Assembly (NCBI GenBank): GCA_028534125.1
Contig: CM052816.1
Location: 68,324,001-68,388,000, forward strand
Direction of reading: 5' to 3'
Origin: Lama glama
Taxonomy: Eukaryota
Length of the DNA stretch: 64,000 nt
Shown: in pieces, positions 50,645 through 61,551 of the stretch
Layout of the letters: each line of letters begins with the position of its first letter
Position numbering within the stretch: position 1 is the stretch's first letter
Made by a program: the position numbers and the translations under genes
The notes under the pieces: model-generated
Databases searched by the model: none
Told to the model about the DNA's origin: nothing
Seen by the model: the letters and a program-made list of their open reading frames with translations, nothing else

Positions 50645-52821
50645 AATCCATCTCTTTTTTTATGCATTTCAGAGTGAGTTGCAGACATTCTTATATTTCA
50701 GTCTTAAACTTAAGCATTTACAAAATTAACTATATTAATTAGCTAGATGTTTACAGGTATTTTTTGATTTTAGATAAAATTTATGTATCTCTAAAGATAA
50801 TACTTACATATCCTAAGTGTATTGCTCATTGAGTTTTGACTAGTGACTGTGTAACTCAGACCCCTATCAAGGTATAGACATTACTAACGCCCTCATGCCC
50901 TTCCTGGTCAATCCCAATCACCACCCTATTTCACCCTACAGGGCAACTACTTGTCTGATTTTCTTTACTATAGATTTTGACCTGTTCCAGAATGTCATAC
51001 AGATGGAATCACATAGTGTGTGCTCTTTTGTGAAAGGATTTATGACTCAGCAGAATGTTTTGAGGATTTAACCATGTTGCTTCCCATTAGTTTTTCACTT
51101 ATAGATTTGAGTCATTGTCAATGATCATTATTTGTATATGAGGTACAAAATAGTGGTATTCTTTATCTTTTTTTAATCAGCTGAAATACTTAAAGAATAC
51201 TTTTCTTCATCAACTGTTGATTACTGTGAGGTATGGTTCACGTAAGAGAAGCAAAATGGTTTCAGTGTTTTCCTTTTATTAACCAGTTACGTTGGTTCCC
51301 TAGCATCATCCAAAGGTAGATAATAAGGTGTTTTTCTCCTCATTATGAATTCTTACTTTAACATAGTTGATGTATTTTAATCCATTAAAGTTACTGTTCT
51401 TCTTGATACTTAAATTGTTGCATTTTTGGAACTTTTCAGATTGGCTCATCCTTTTGACACAATTTTCATTAGTCTTTGATAGCTTCCCGATTTCTGATAT
51501 GACATAATGTTCCAGGCTCATCTTAATATATTTTCTGCCCCAGAACCAGAATCAGCCATTTCCCAAGTAGTCATGGGTCCATTTAGTGTGAAATACTATT
51601 TATAGACTGTAGCCTGGGTGCTGGGGAACTCACTGCTACTAGGTTGTTACTGTTTCTAGGCTTTTTCAGTGGAGAGAGCTAGGAATGTTTTTAAGGTAAT
51701 ATATATTATGAACTCATATTGATATTTCCAAGTTAAAATTCAGACTATGGGTTTTTACTTAATTCATCTAACATCTACATCTCCTTTTTTTCTGTGATGA
51801 AAACCTTAGTTCCCCAAAATACCAACATAATTATTCATTTGCTTTATTCCACAGTAAACACAATAGCTACAAAATAACAATTATAATGTTAGCATCAACA
51901 GTATGATTGCTGAAAAGAATTTTAAGAATGTTTTTCTTTCACCAAGGGTATAATTAAATTACTATTTTAGAGTTACTTGAAATAGTTTCTATGTGCTATA
52001 CCCCCAACTCAGTACAAGAATTCATATGTTTCCTTTTGGTTTTGGTTTTTAGGAATTTTCTTAATTGTTTAAAATAATGAATTAATCCAAAAAGTCAGAT
52101 TTCTAAAACAATATATATTTACAGAAGTCTCAGTTCCCTGTCTCCTCAACCTTATTTCCTCCCTCTCCCTAGAGGTTACCTGTTTTGGTTTGGTTTTGAT
52201 TTATCCTTCTATTTTGAAAAACAGTGTGTGTATATATAAATATTAATTGTATGACATAAACATATGTGAATAAATATAGTAATACCACTTGGAACTTTCT
52301 GTTGTGATAGAAATCAGAAAGTAGTTGCCTGAGTTTGACTGGAAAGGGGCTGACGGAATTTTGAGGATGATAGAAAATCTTATCCCTGTCCTCCTCTCAT
52401 CTCCTAGCGTATTGTGCTTGAAAAAGCACACTGTACTTAAAGAAAGGCATTGCTGTTAAAGATTCTATTTCAGGAAAAGAAAGAAACAGTACAAATATTA
52501 CATGAAATAGATAATTTTTGGAGAAGTGTCAGTGGGGATAGAGCATAATATTCTTAATGTGATATTCTTAGAGTAAAATTTTGAAAATAATTTTGTGTTT
52601 TAAGATATAGATTAAACTCAGTTTTAAAGAAAAACAGGTGAGTTTCTAAGAAATTTTATTTGGTTTTCAACAATTTATTCTAAACTTATTGGAATTAATT
52701 TATTCGAAGCTATAATAATCTGGGTCTCATCAAATTCTTTTCAAGGAGCCTTTTTCATTTTTCATTCTATTTTTTTTTCAAATCTGTTTTTAATGACTGA
52801 TTCTACCATTTTTGTATTTAG

Positions 52822-52988
52822 GGCAACAGAGAAGTTTGATGATTGTAGAGCAAAACGTGAGGATCCCACCTCATGCACTGTTGATTATTCTCCTGTGTAT
52901 TTTGTCAATATTGAAGTCTGGGTAGAAGCAGAGAATGCCCTTGGGAAGGTTACATCAAATCATATCAATTTTGATCCTGTGGATAAAG
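52822..52988 (+). CDS. IL6ST: IL6ST exon 6, second half of D2
   Basis: tatttag|G...AAAG|gtagat; 167 nt; ATEKFDDCRAKREDPTSCTVDYSPVYFVNIEVWVEAENALG. Confidence 0.98.
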
Positions 52989-53531
52989 GTAGATATAAAC
53001 CTGAATTTAAGAATTTATTAGAACATGCAGTGGTTTATAAGTTAAAGTAGTTCTAAGTTTAATTAATGTAGAAACAAGCATTTAGTTCATTATCTTAGTG
53101 ACTTTTACAATTTCAGTTTATCAACGACATTTAAAGTAATTTGGAAAAAGAATAGTATCTATAATCCAACCACATTTATAGCTGTTTTCACTTCGAATGT
53201 CATCTTCTGGTATTTATCCAAATATCAGACATTTTACAGCATTATAATCATAGTATACATGTTCCATTTTTATTCTTTTTTAAAATTTCTTATAAATATT
53301 TAATTGCCTTAGTATCAGAACCTGAAAAGGTTAACGAATGTAATAAACTGACAAGGAAAGCTAAAGTTTCTTTAGAAACCTTTCCTTTCCATTATGATCG
53401 TATGGCATAGCATTGTTTTTAGAGAAATTAGTTCATTTGGTGAGAATAAATGCATAGTGTGAAAATATAAAGAGTATATTTGAGTTTGTGTAAGAAATTG
53501 TAAAAATATTTTGATCTATTTTATTCTTCAG

Positions 53532-53686
53532 TAAAGCCCAATCCACCACATAATTTATCAGTCAGCAACTCAGAGGAACTGTCTAGTATTTTAAAATTGA
53601 CATGGATCAACTCAAGTATTAAGAGTTTTATAAGAATGAAATATAACATACAATATAGGACCAAAGATGCCTCAACTTGGAACCAG
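53532..53686 (+). CDS. IL6ST: IL6ST exon 7, first half of D3
   Basis: tcttcag|TA...CAG|gtaaat; 155 nt; KPNPPHNLSVSNSEELSSILKLTWINSSIKSFIRMKYNIQYRTKDASTWNQ. Confidence 0.97.
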
Positions 53687-54018
53687 GTAAATTGAAGGTT
53701 ACTGTTTATTCAAATAGTCTTTCTTCCAACCCTCTAACCTAAAAATCTCAATCATATTCTGAATGTCTTAAGTTTCTGGTTACGTGAAACATTTTACTTG
53801 ACAACTCTTCTAGGTCTGTATTTCAAGCAAAGGCCAACAGGAAGACATCCATAGAAAAAATGCAGTTTTGCTGAATACAGTAGGTTTTAAGTGAAATAAA
53901 GAAGTCGTCCGGGATGACAGGGAATAGCATTTTTAATGGGAAGTGAAAGGACCACAAATAACAAGAGGCATATTAAGTAGAGGAGTAAAAATGAAGAGAT
54001 TATATTGATAAGGTAGAG

Positions 54019-54240
54019 CAGGGGTTAGCAGAAACTATATCTGTGAGCCAAATTTAGCCTGCCATCTGTTTTTGTAAATAAAGCTTTATTGGGACACAGC
54101 CACACACATTTGTTTGCATATTAATCTCTGGCTATTTTTCTGCTACATAGAAAGGGTTGAGTAGTTGCAACAGACACTATCTGACTCAAAGCCTAAAATA
54201 TTTACAATCTAGCCCTTTATAGAAAGTTTACCAACCCATG
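54019..54240. mobile_element. MER58-like hAT-Charlie MITE
   Basis: CAGGGGTTAGCA...GTTTTTGTAAATAAAGCTTTATTGGGACACAGCCAC...GCCCTTTATAGAAAGTTTACCAACCC. Confidence 0.8.
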
Positions 54241-54778
54241 AGTCAGAGGAAGAGATTGTGGAGAACTTGTAAGACTGAAAAGGAAAAGGACAGTGTACCC
54301 AAAGATGATGCTATCAGCAAAAGAAATACTTGGAGCTTTTTAAAAGGCTGTCACCATAGCATTAAATTCCCCATACTGTTCTTTGTTGTAACTCTGTTTA
54401 TCACTAACAGTATGCTTTTGCTTTGTTTCTCTGGTTGCAATAATGAGCCCAGAAGAGAATTAAACCTATGCATGACCTTCCTACTTCTGTCCTCCATTCC
54501 ACTTATCTAAAGGGCTCAGAATACAATCAGAAAAAGCAACAAACCAAAGTGCATTCATTAATGCTTCATCCTGTACAGAGAGGATACATATATACCAGAA
54601 GTCCTTCAAAATATTTTTTAATATCAGAGAACTTTAATTCATTGGTACAAAAAAGACTGACACCTATTTTGTATTCAACATTGAACTCTCAGAGTAGTAG
54701 AAAGAATGTGTTATTTATATTTAGTCCTTTTTTTCCTGAAAACCAGGTTTATCTATAGTGGTAGCTTTTGTTTTTCTT

Positions 54779-55101
54779 TCTTTTTTTTCTTTTTTATTGA
54801 AGTATAGTCAGTTTACAATGTCCAATTTCTGACATTCAGTATAATGTTTCATTTATGCATGTACATATATATATTCCTTTTCATATACTTTTTCATTATA
54901 GGTTACTACAATATATTGAATATAGTTGCCTGTGCTATACAGTATATACTAAAATATGGAATCTAGGGGGAAAAAAGGCACAAGTGAACTTATTTACAAA
55001 ACAGAAACAGACTCACAGACTTAGAAAACAAACTCATGGTTACCAAGGAGGTGGGGAAAGAGTGGGAAAGGATAAAATGGGAGTTCAAGATTTGCAGATG
55101 T
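54779..55101 (-). mobile_element. Short L1 with 5' inversion
   Basis: Antisense L1 3' end (~54779-54946) joined to a sense L1 3'UTR piece (~54950-55100); 13-bp TSD TTTTGTTTTTCTT. Confidence 0.85.
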
Positions 55102-55842
55102 TTTTGTTTTTCTTAATTGGGCTGGATATCTTCCTTTTACTTTATCTAGATCTACTCTCCACCCTTCTCCACCCTACTCCACCGTACTGTTGGTCTTGGG
55201 ATGCTGACCTATGTGGATTTTATCTGTTGGTTCCCTTCTCTCTAGTTTCCTAATGAGTTTCTAGTTCATGGGAGGTGGGGGCCTCACAAGCGAAAGAAGA
55301 GATAGAAGTGAGATCAGCATATTTATTTTCCCTGCGTCTTCCCTGGAGCTTTCTGGTCTTTGAGCCTAAGGTCACTGCTCCTCTCAAGTACCGAATCTGA
55401 CCCTGTTCTTTCCAGTTCTTTCAGATTCCCTCATCCCTTTGAGCCTAAAGGTGGTAACACCTACAAGCCCCAGAGTACTGCCTATATTGTCTAAGGTTTC
55501 CCTACACTCTGCCCATATTCCCTTTAGTAAACCTTCCTTTAATTAAATTCTGATTGGAATTTCCAGCTTTTTCCTGCTGAGACCTTAATAGGTACATGGA
55601 AGAAAGAAAGAAAGGAAACAAGAAAGGACTAATGTTTCTATATTTCCCAAACCTGTTAACTTTACTACTTTTGACTACATTCTGACTTGGATTTATTTCT
55701 CTTCAGAACTTGAGTTAAATTAGTCTTACTCATAAGTTATTAGTCTTGTTTCATTAATTAGTTTCTAAAATCTTAGGCAGTTTGAAAAACCTATAATAAA
55801 TACCTTTGGGGTTTTTTTGTTGGTCAATTTGCTTTGCTTCAG

Positions 55843-56002
55843 ATTCCTCCTGAAGATACAGCATCTACCCGATCTTCATTCACTGTCCAGGACCTTAAGC
55901 CTTTTACAGAGTATGTGTTTAGGATTCGCTGTATGAAGGAAGACGGTAAAGGATTTTGGAGTGACTGGAGTGAAGAAGCAAGTGGGATCACATATGAAGA
56001 TA
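55843..56002 (+). CDS. IL6ST: IL6ST exon 8, D3 with WSXWS motif
   Basis: gcttcag|ATT...GATA|gtaagt; 160 nt; IPPEDTASTRSSFTVQDLKPFTEYVFRIRCMKEDGKGFWSDWSEEASGITYED; WSDWS at 55957-55971. Confidence 0.98.
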
Positions 56003-56286
56003 GTAAGTAAATAAGTATATGAAGAAATAGAATTGTTAGAATTCTGGCTATAAATTGTGTCTACTTTTAAGAATATGGACCTCATTGCTTCTTATTTTGT
56101 GATCATTTTATTCAAACTGATATTTTACACTTTTATTTTTAAAGGGTATCAAGATACAAAATTTAATGTGCATTATTGATAATATAAACCTTTTTGATAC
56201 CTAAAGAAAATTATGGAATGGTGTCTTAGATACCATGAGAAACCATTAGCTTAATGGTAAATCCAGAACATTTTATTAAAGGAGAG

Positions 56287-56326
56287 TGGTCCAGAGATAT
56301 CTCTACTGGTCCAGAGATATCTCTAC
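56287..56326. repeat. Perfect 20-bp tandem duplication
   Basis: TGGTCCAGAGATATCTCTAC twice. Confidence 0.97.
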
Positions 56327-57932
56327 CAGAGAATTACATTCTGAATCATTTAATTTACACTATCTAGCAAAAATATGCCTTAGACCCTCACTGTCAAACA
56401 TATTTGTACTATATTTTTTCTTCATTTTTTTTTTCTATCTGTATTTAAAAAGCCCCTGGAAAAACACCCTGACATTTTGATTGATTGGTTGATTTTCGTT
56501 TTCCCTTTTTTTCTCATAATAATGCAGTCCATATAGTGGAGAATCCAAAAGGCATAAAAGGATATATGATGTAAAGACTCCCTCCCCAAAGCAGTTATGT
56601 TACTGATTTCTTCTGTAGCCATCAAGAAATAGTCCTGTGGCGTATAGATTTTTATTTTGAACATTTTCCTATCATAGTCACACTCTTTAGGTATCAGTGG
56701 CAGCAGTCATGACTTTAAAACCTCTCCTGCCACCTATATCTCTTCACTTCATGGAGCTCTACCAGAGGTTTGGATAGTTATGTGAATTGAGAATGCAAAG
56801 GCAGGAAGGTAAAGTACCCTTCTCCACTAAGAATTTTCTCTCATTCTCATCAATAGCAGGAAAGAAAGTAATCCTATTATTTCTGGTTTGGGAGTCCTCA
56901 ATCAGATTCCTTTGTCTTGGCGAGGACTTCTGAAACTAATATTCGAGGAGCCTTTAAGGGTACTTGTCAGTTGAGGGAGTTCCTGAACTACTTTAAATGT
57001 AGGCAAAATACTGTGGTTAGTGCCTGTGTGCATTTTCTAGGGAGATGGTACATAACCTTTGTCAAATCAAAGAGGTATCTGGAGCCCAAAACGTGGATTA
57101 AGCATTTCTTTAACTTAGTGAACTTCTGGGTTCTCTTTATGTTAGGAAATATTTCCAGCCCATAAAATTTCTTTCTTAACTTCATGTTCTTTATTCTTTT
57201 GGGGTGCTGCACTGTACTCATGTATACATCTATTTGAACCTCCTATGCTGATAGCTTTTCCCCAGCCTTCCTGGTCTGCCTTTCCCCTTTTCTCTTGTCA
57301 TTGTAATTACCTCTTCATGATTAGCATATTACTGCTTAGATTTTATTCAGATTCCTCTTTATTCTATACCATATTTTGTGATTAGATTTATAAAAATTAC
57401 TAATTACTAGCATTTGATACATTGTTTTATAAAGTGCTTTTTCTTATGGTAGATGATTATCACAACAATCCTGTGAATTCATTTTTATCCTGTTACACTG
57501 ACTTATCCCAACATAAGGCAATAAACTTATACTACATTTACTCCATTTATTTTAATTTGTCCTATATTTTAACTGTAAGCATTTAGGGGTTTTAAACATG
57601 TATTTAAATGTGATTTTTCAATTTGATTTTTAGCAAAAATAAATAGTGGTACATCTTTGGTTATTGCTTAGAATATATTTGTACCTTTACAATTTTAAGA
57701 TTACAAAAGAGTTCCAATATAATCTCAATCATCAAGCTATCACCCTGACTAAAGGAACACCCAGGCATATCATGCTGGGATAGGAAAATGCTGGTATAAG
57801 GAAAGAGTTAGAGACACCATGTAATTGAAGGGCAAGAATATTAAGAACAAAAGTAAGAGAAAAATTTCCAGGATTTTATTTTACTGTTGTAATAAAAACT
57901 TTTATTTTAAAAAGTATGTGTCATCTCTTTAG

Positions 57933-58015
57933 GACCATCCAAGACACCGAGTTTCTGGTATAAGATAGAGCCATCTCATACTCATGGCTACAGATCTGTA
58001 CAACTCATATGGAAG
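57933..58015 (+). CDS. IL6ST: IL6ST exon 9 (83 nt), start of D4
   Basis: ctttag|GA...AAG|gtaaaa; RPSKTPSFWYKIEPSHTHGYRSVQLIWK. Confidence 0.97.
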
Positions 58016-58129
58016 GTAAAAAAAAAATCATCTATTTGTAATCTTTTATCTCATATAAATATATTTTATATGGTACTATGAATAGAGTTTAATTTTTATT
58101 CATTTAATATTAGCAAAGCATTTGATAAC

Positions 58130-58225
58130 TTTTTTTTTTTTTTGGTGGAGGTTCTGGGGCTTGAACCCAGGGCCTTGTGCATTCTAAGCATGCATTCTAC
58201 CACTGAGCTATATACCCTATGCCCC
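58130..58225 (-). mobile_element. Short tRNA-derived SINE (head plus poly-A only)
   Basis: T-run followed by the reverse-complement tRNA-like head; ATAACT on both flanks. Confidence 0.85.
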
Positions 58226-58783
58226 AATAACTATTTTTAATAAATAGAAACACAAAGCTTTATATATACTGTGATAGAGGTCAGGCTCATAAACTGCAGG
58301 TGATCCGTCGTAGACACTTCAGCATAGATCTGTGAACGTTTTATAAGAACAGCTACCTTGTCTTTTATTGAACTTTCCTGAGTACTTCATACAAAATAAT
58401 TAATAAATGTTTTGAGTAATCAAAATGTATGCCGGCAACAGGAAATAAAATTGTCATGCACTCCATAAATGTTCATGAATGGATCATACTAAAAAAAGAT
58501 AGAAAAATACTCAGGCATAAAATAATTTAGGCCCACATAGCGGCAGCACAGAATGATATAAAGGACTAAAGGTTGACAAGATGATGCTACTTTTCCCGCT
58601 TAGTTGAAGTCATGTTTTTACTCTTCATTCAGTGAATAGTAGTTTTATTTCAGCAGTGAGTTCAAAGTAAGGTTGCCAGTCTCTTCCTATTGAATATTTA
58701 GAGATTTGATACAATAGCAGAATTTGTGAACATGAACTCAAGATTTATGAAATACATTTTTAAAATAAACTACTTTATTACAG

Positions 58784-58994
58784 ACATTGCCTCCTTTTGA
58801 AGCCAATGGGAAAATCTTGGATTATGAAGTGACTCTCACAAGATGGAAATCACGTTTACGAAATTACACAGTTAATGACACAAAACTGACAGTAAACCTC
58901 ACAAATGATCGCTATATAGCAACTCTGACAGCGAGAAATCTGGTTGGCAAATCAGATGCATCTGTTTTAACTATCCCTGCCTGTGACTTTCAAG
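58784..58994 (+). CDS. IL6ST: IL6ST exon 10, FnIII D4
   Basis: attacag|ACA...CAAG|gtttgt; 211 nt; TLPPFEANGKILDYEV...LTIPACDFQ. Confidence 0.98.
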
Positions 58995-59536
58995 GTTTGT
59001 GTCCATGAAATGGAGTCTGACTTAGGATGAGAAAGGATGGATAGGTATGGACAGGGCTCCTGTAAAAAACATAAGTATTCTAAGACTGTTTCCTCAGTAT
59101 TAACAATGATTATATTTTCAGAAATCAGTCATCAGCTAGATCTGTTCCATTATTGTGTGGCTCAAACTTTGCAGTAAGCAACTTAATTCATTTAAACATC
59201 TTTTGATTATCTTTTTAAAATATATTTTTAAGGTTTTAGGAACTTTATATGCATATGACTTAAATATATTGTTTTTCTGTAGCTTTACTTAGCTTTCAAA
59301 GAAGAAAAAATTGTAGCTTACATACACAAAACATTTGAAGAACTTGGGGAAAGGAATTTAAGTTTCAAAACAAATTGACTAATGTAAACTATAAATGCTT
59401 TTATTCATGGAAATACATGTTACATGCTACAAAAACATGATAGACCACATGGTTATGGAAATGAATGTAAAATACTGGAATTTCAAATTTTTAAGTGTTT
59501 GTTTATCATTATCAGTATTCAAACTTTGTTTTAAAG

Positions 59537-59719
59537 CTACTCACCCCGTAACGGATCTTAAAGCATTTCCCAAAGATAACATGCTTTGGGTAGAATGGAC
59601 TGCTCCAAATGAATCTGTAAACAGATACGTACTTGAGTGGTGTGTGTTATCAGATAAATCGCCCTGTATCCCAGACTGGCAACAAGAAGATGGTACTGTA
59701 CATCGCACCTATTTAAGAG
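59537..59719 (+). CDS. IL6ST: IL6ST exon 11, FnIII D5
   Basis: ttttaaag|CT...AGAG|gtatac; 183 nt; ATHPVTDLKAFPKDNMLWVEW...HRTYLR. Confidence 0.97.
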
Positions 59720-61449
59720 GTATACCTAGCTAAAAACATTTAAGTTGACGTCCTTTTTCTAACTCTTCAAACAGATTTTTCTTTTACATATTCTTTGCTG
59801 CTTTGTACACTTTGTGGTCCATTGAAATGACTTCCAGTTTATCATAGTTACTAGTTTTGTCTTGTTTACTATATTTGTGACTCTCAGCAAGTCACCCTTA
59901 ACCTCTCTGAACTGCAGGGTTTGTTGATGGGCAAAGTGGGGTTAATACTACCCTCTTTTTATACTCCACTATTACTTTGATCATCAAAAGAATGCTCACA
60001 GAACTGTAAACTAAGAGACATAAAAGATAATCCAACCTCTGCTGCTAACTGGTATGTTCTCTGTACCTGATTAAGCTCCCTCGTCCTTCAGTGAGAAAAT
60101 TCCTACAGTGTATCTGGATAGCTTATTAACTTCATACAGCTGCTGAACAAGGGAAGGAGAACTAGAACTCAGATTTGCTTGTCTTCTAAGCTGGAAGGAC
60201 AGAAAGTAATGATATTATAGAGCTCCAAAATGAGTTGCTCTCATTGTAAGGTACTACTTATCAGCTGGCTTAAAGTGATATAACAACTTTAAAGAGACAA
60301 CAAAGAACTCTGTGTGGTTTTTTTAGTGAAGAAGGATAACCATTAGAATTCAGCTGCAAATAGTATGATTAGTCAGAGAAAAGCTGTTAACAGAGATATA
60401 GCTGCCATAAAGTTTAAAAGCTTTATTCGTAAAATAGGCTGTTTAGTCCTCATTAACCTATTATTTAATATAATTTTAATAACTTTGGTTGTCTAGTTGA
60501 TCAGCCTTTTCCAATTAAAAGCAAGGCAGAGCTAGAAAGCAGGTTGTAACAGCCAGACAGTGGGAACCTTCTAAACGAGCACAGCACAGGCCCTGGAGAC
60601 CTGCCGGCTGTGCAGGCGCCCGGTGCAGCCCCTGAGCCCTGCAGCCCCGAGGGACGTCACTGCGTTACAGCAGGATTTGGAAATTGCTCATCTTCTCAAT
60701 AATGCTGAACTACCAAGAAGGTTACTCTAAGGAGACAAAGGAGCATGTATGACTGCATGAATACTAGTCAAGGAGATATAAGTTCTTGTTAAAGCTATAA
60801 ACTTCAGTATAACAAACACCTCATTTTCTGATGTAGACAGCAAACCTGCTGTATAAAAAGAAATATTTTGCTATTATATGCTAAAGGAATAGATAGATTA
60901 CTCTGTTAACTTGGAGAGATTATAAAGAAAGTATTTAAGATAGTTTTTCTTTTAAAATTACGTTAATTTCTCAGGGAAATAACACCAGTTACTTTTTTTC
61001 CAGTCACCTGACAAACCAGAGCCATTAGTACTTTTTGTAGCTCTAATTAGTGGCATCTTGCTCAGTGGCAGTTCTCAGAGAATTAGGTAACATGTACAAA
61101 AGTCATCAGACTGTAAGTAAGATCCAGGATAATTTGAGATCAATGTTTTATAAGTACTGAATATAAATGCAGTCATTACTTTTAATGACTATATATTTTT
61201 ATCCACTGTATTGGCAATAAAAGTAATAAAAATAAAATAAAAGTATTTTTAAATAAATTTTAAAACTTTATTCTATTAAGCTTGGATCCAGTACACAGAA
61301 GGCAGTGCTTACTTAAGAAGCTGCAGTTTTTTTTTAAGAAAAAGGAAAGTTCAGTGGTCATGAAATTGTAATATAAAAATAAATAATGGAATTGATAAGA
61401 TTTTTTTATTATAGGAAAAAAAATACTTAATCTACTCTTTTTACTTTAG

Positions 61450-61551
61450 GAAACTTAGCAGAGAGCAAATGTTATCTGATAACAGTCACTCCAGTATATG
61501 CTGATGGGCCAGGAAGCCCCGAGTCTATAAAGGCATACCTTAAACAAGCTC
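61450..61551 (+). CDS. IL6ST: IL6ST exon 12, end of D5
   Basis: actttag|GA...GCTC|gtaagt; 102 nt; NLAESKCYLITVTPVYADGPGSPESIKAYLKQA. Confidence 0.97.

Larger units (their letters stand above)
49280..52230 (-). mobile_element. Old L1MC/ME-like antisense fragments hosting the SINE and the retrocopy
   Basis: AATGTTCCAGGCTCATCTT...CCCCAGAACCAGAATCAGCCATTTCCCAAG and similar L1M 3' motifs. Confidence 0.65.

Noticed and set aside
50263-50688. 141-aa minus-strand ORF
   Set aside because: It runs through a retrocopied 3'UTR and starts outside the TSD, so it is a chance frame.
54855-55253. 132-aa ORF
   Set aside because: It spans the inverted L1 3'UTR pieces and is not coding.
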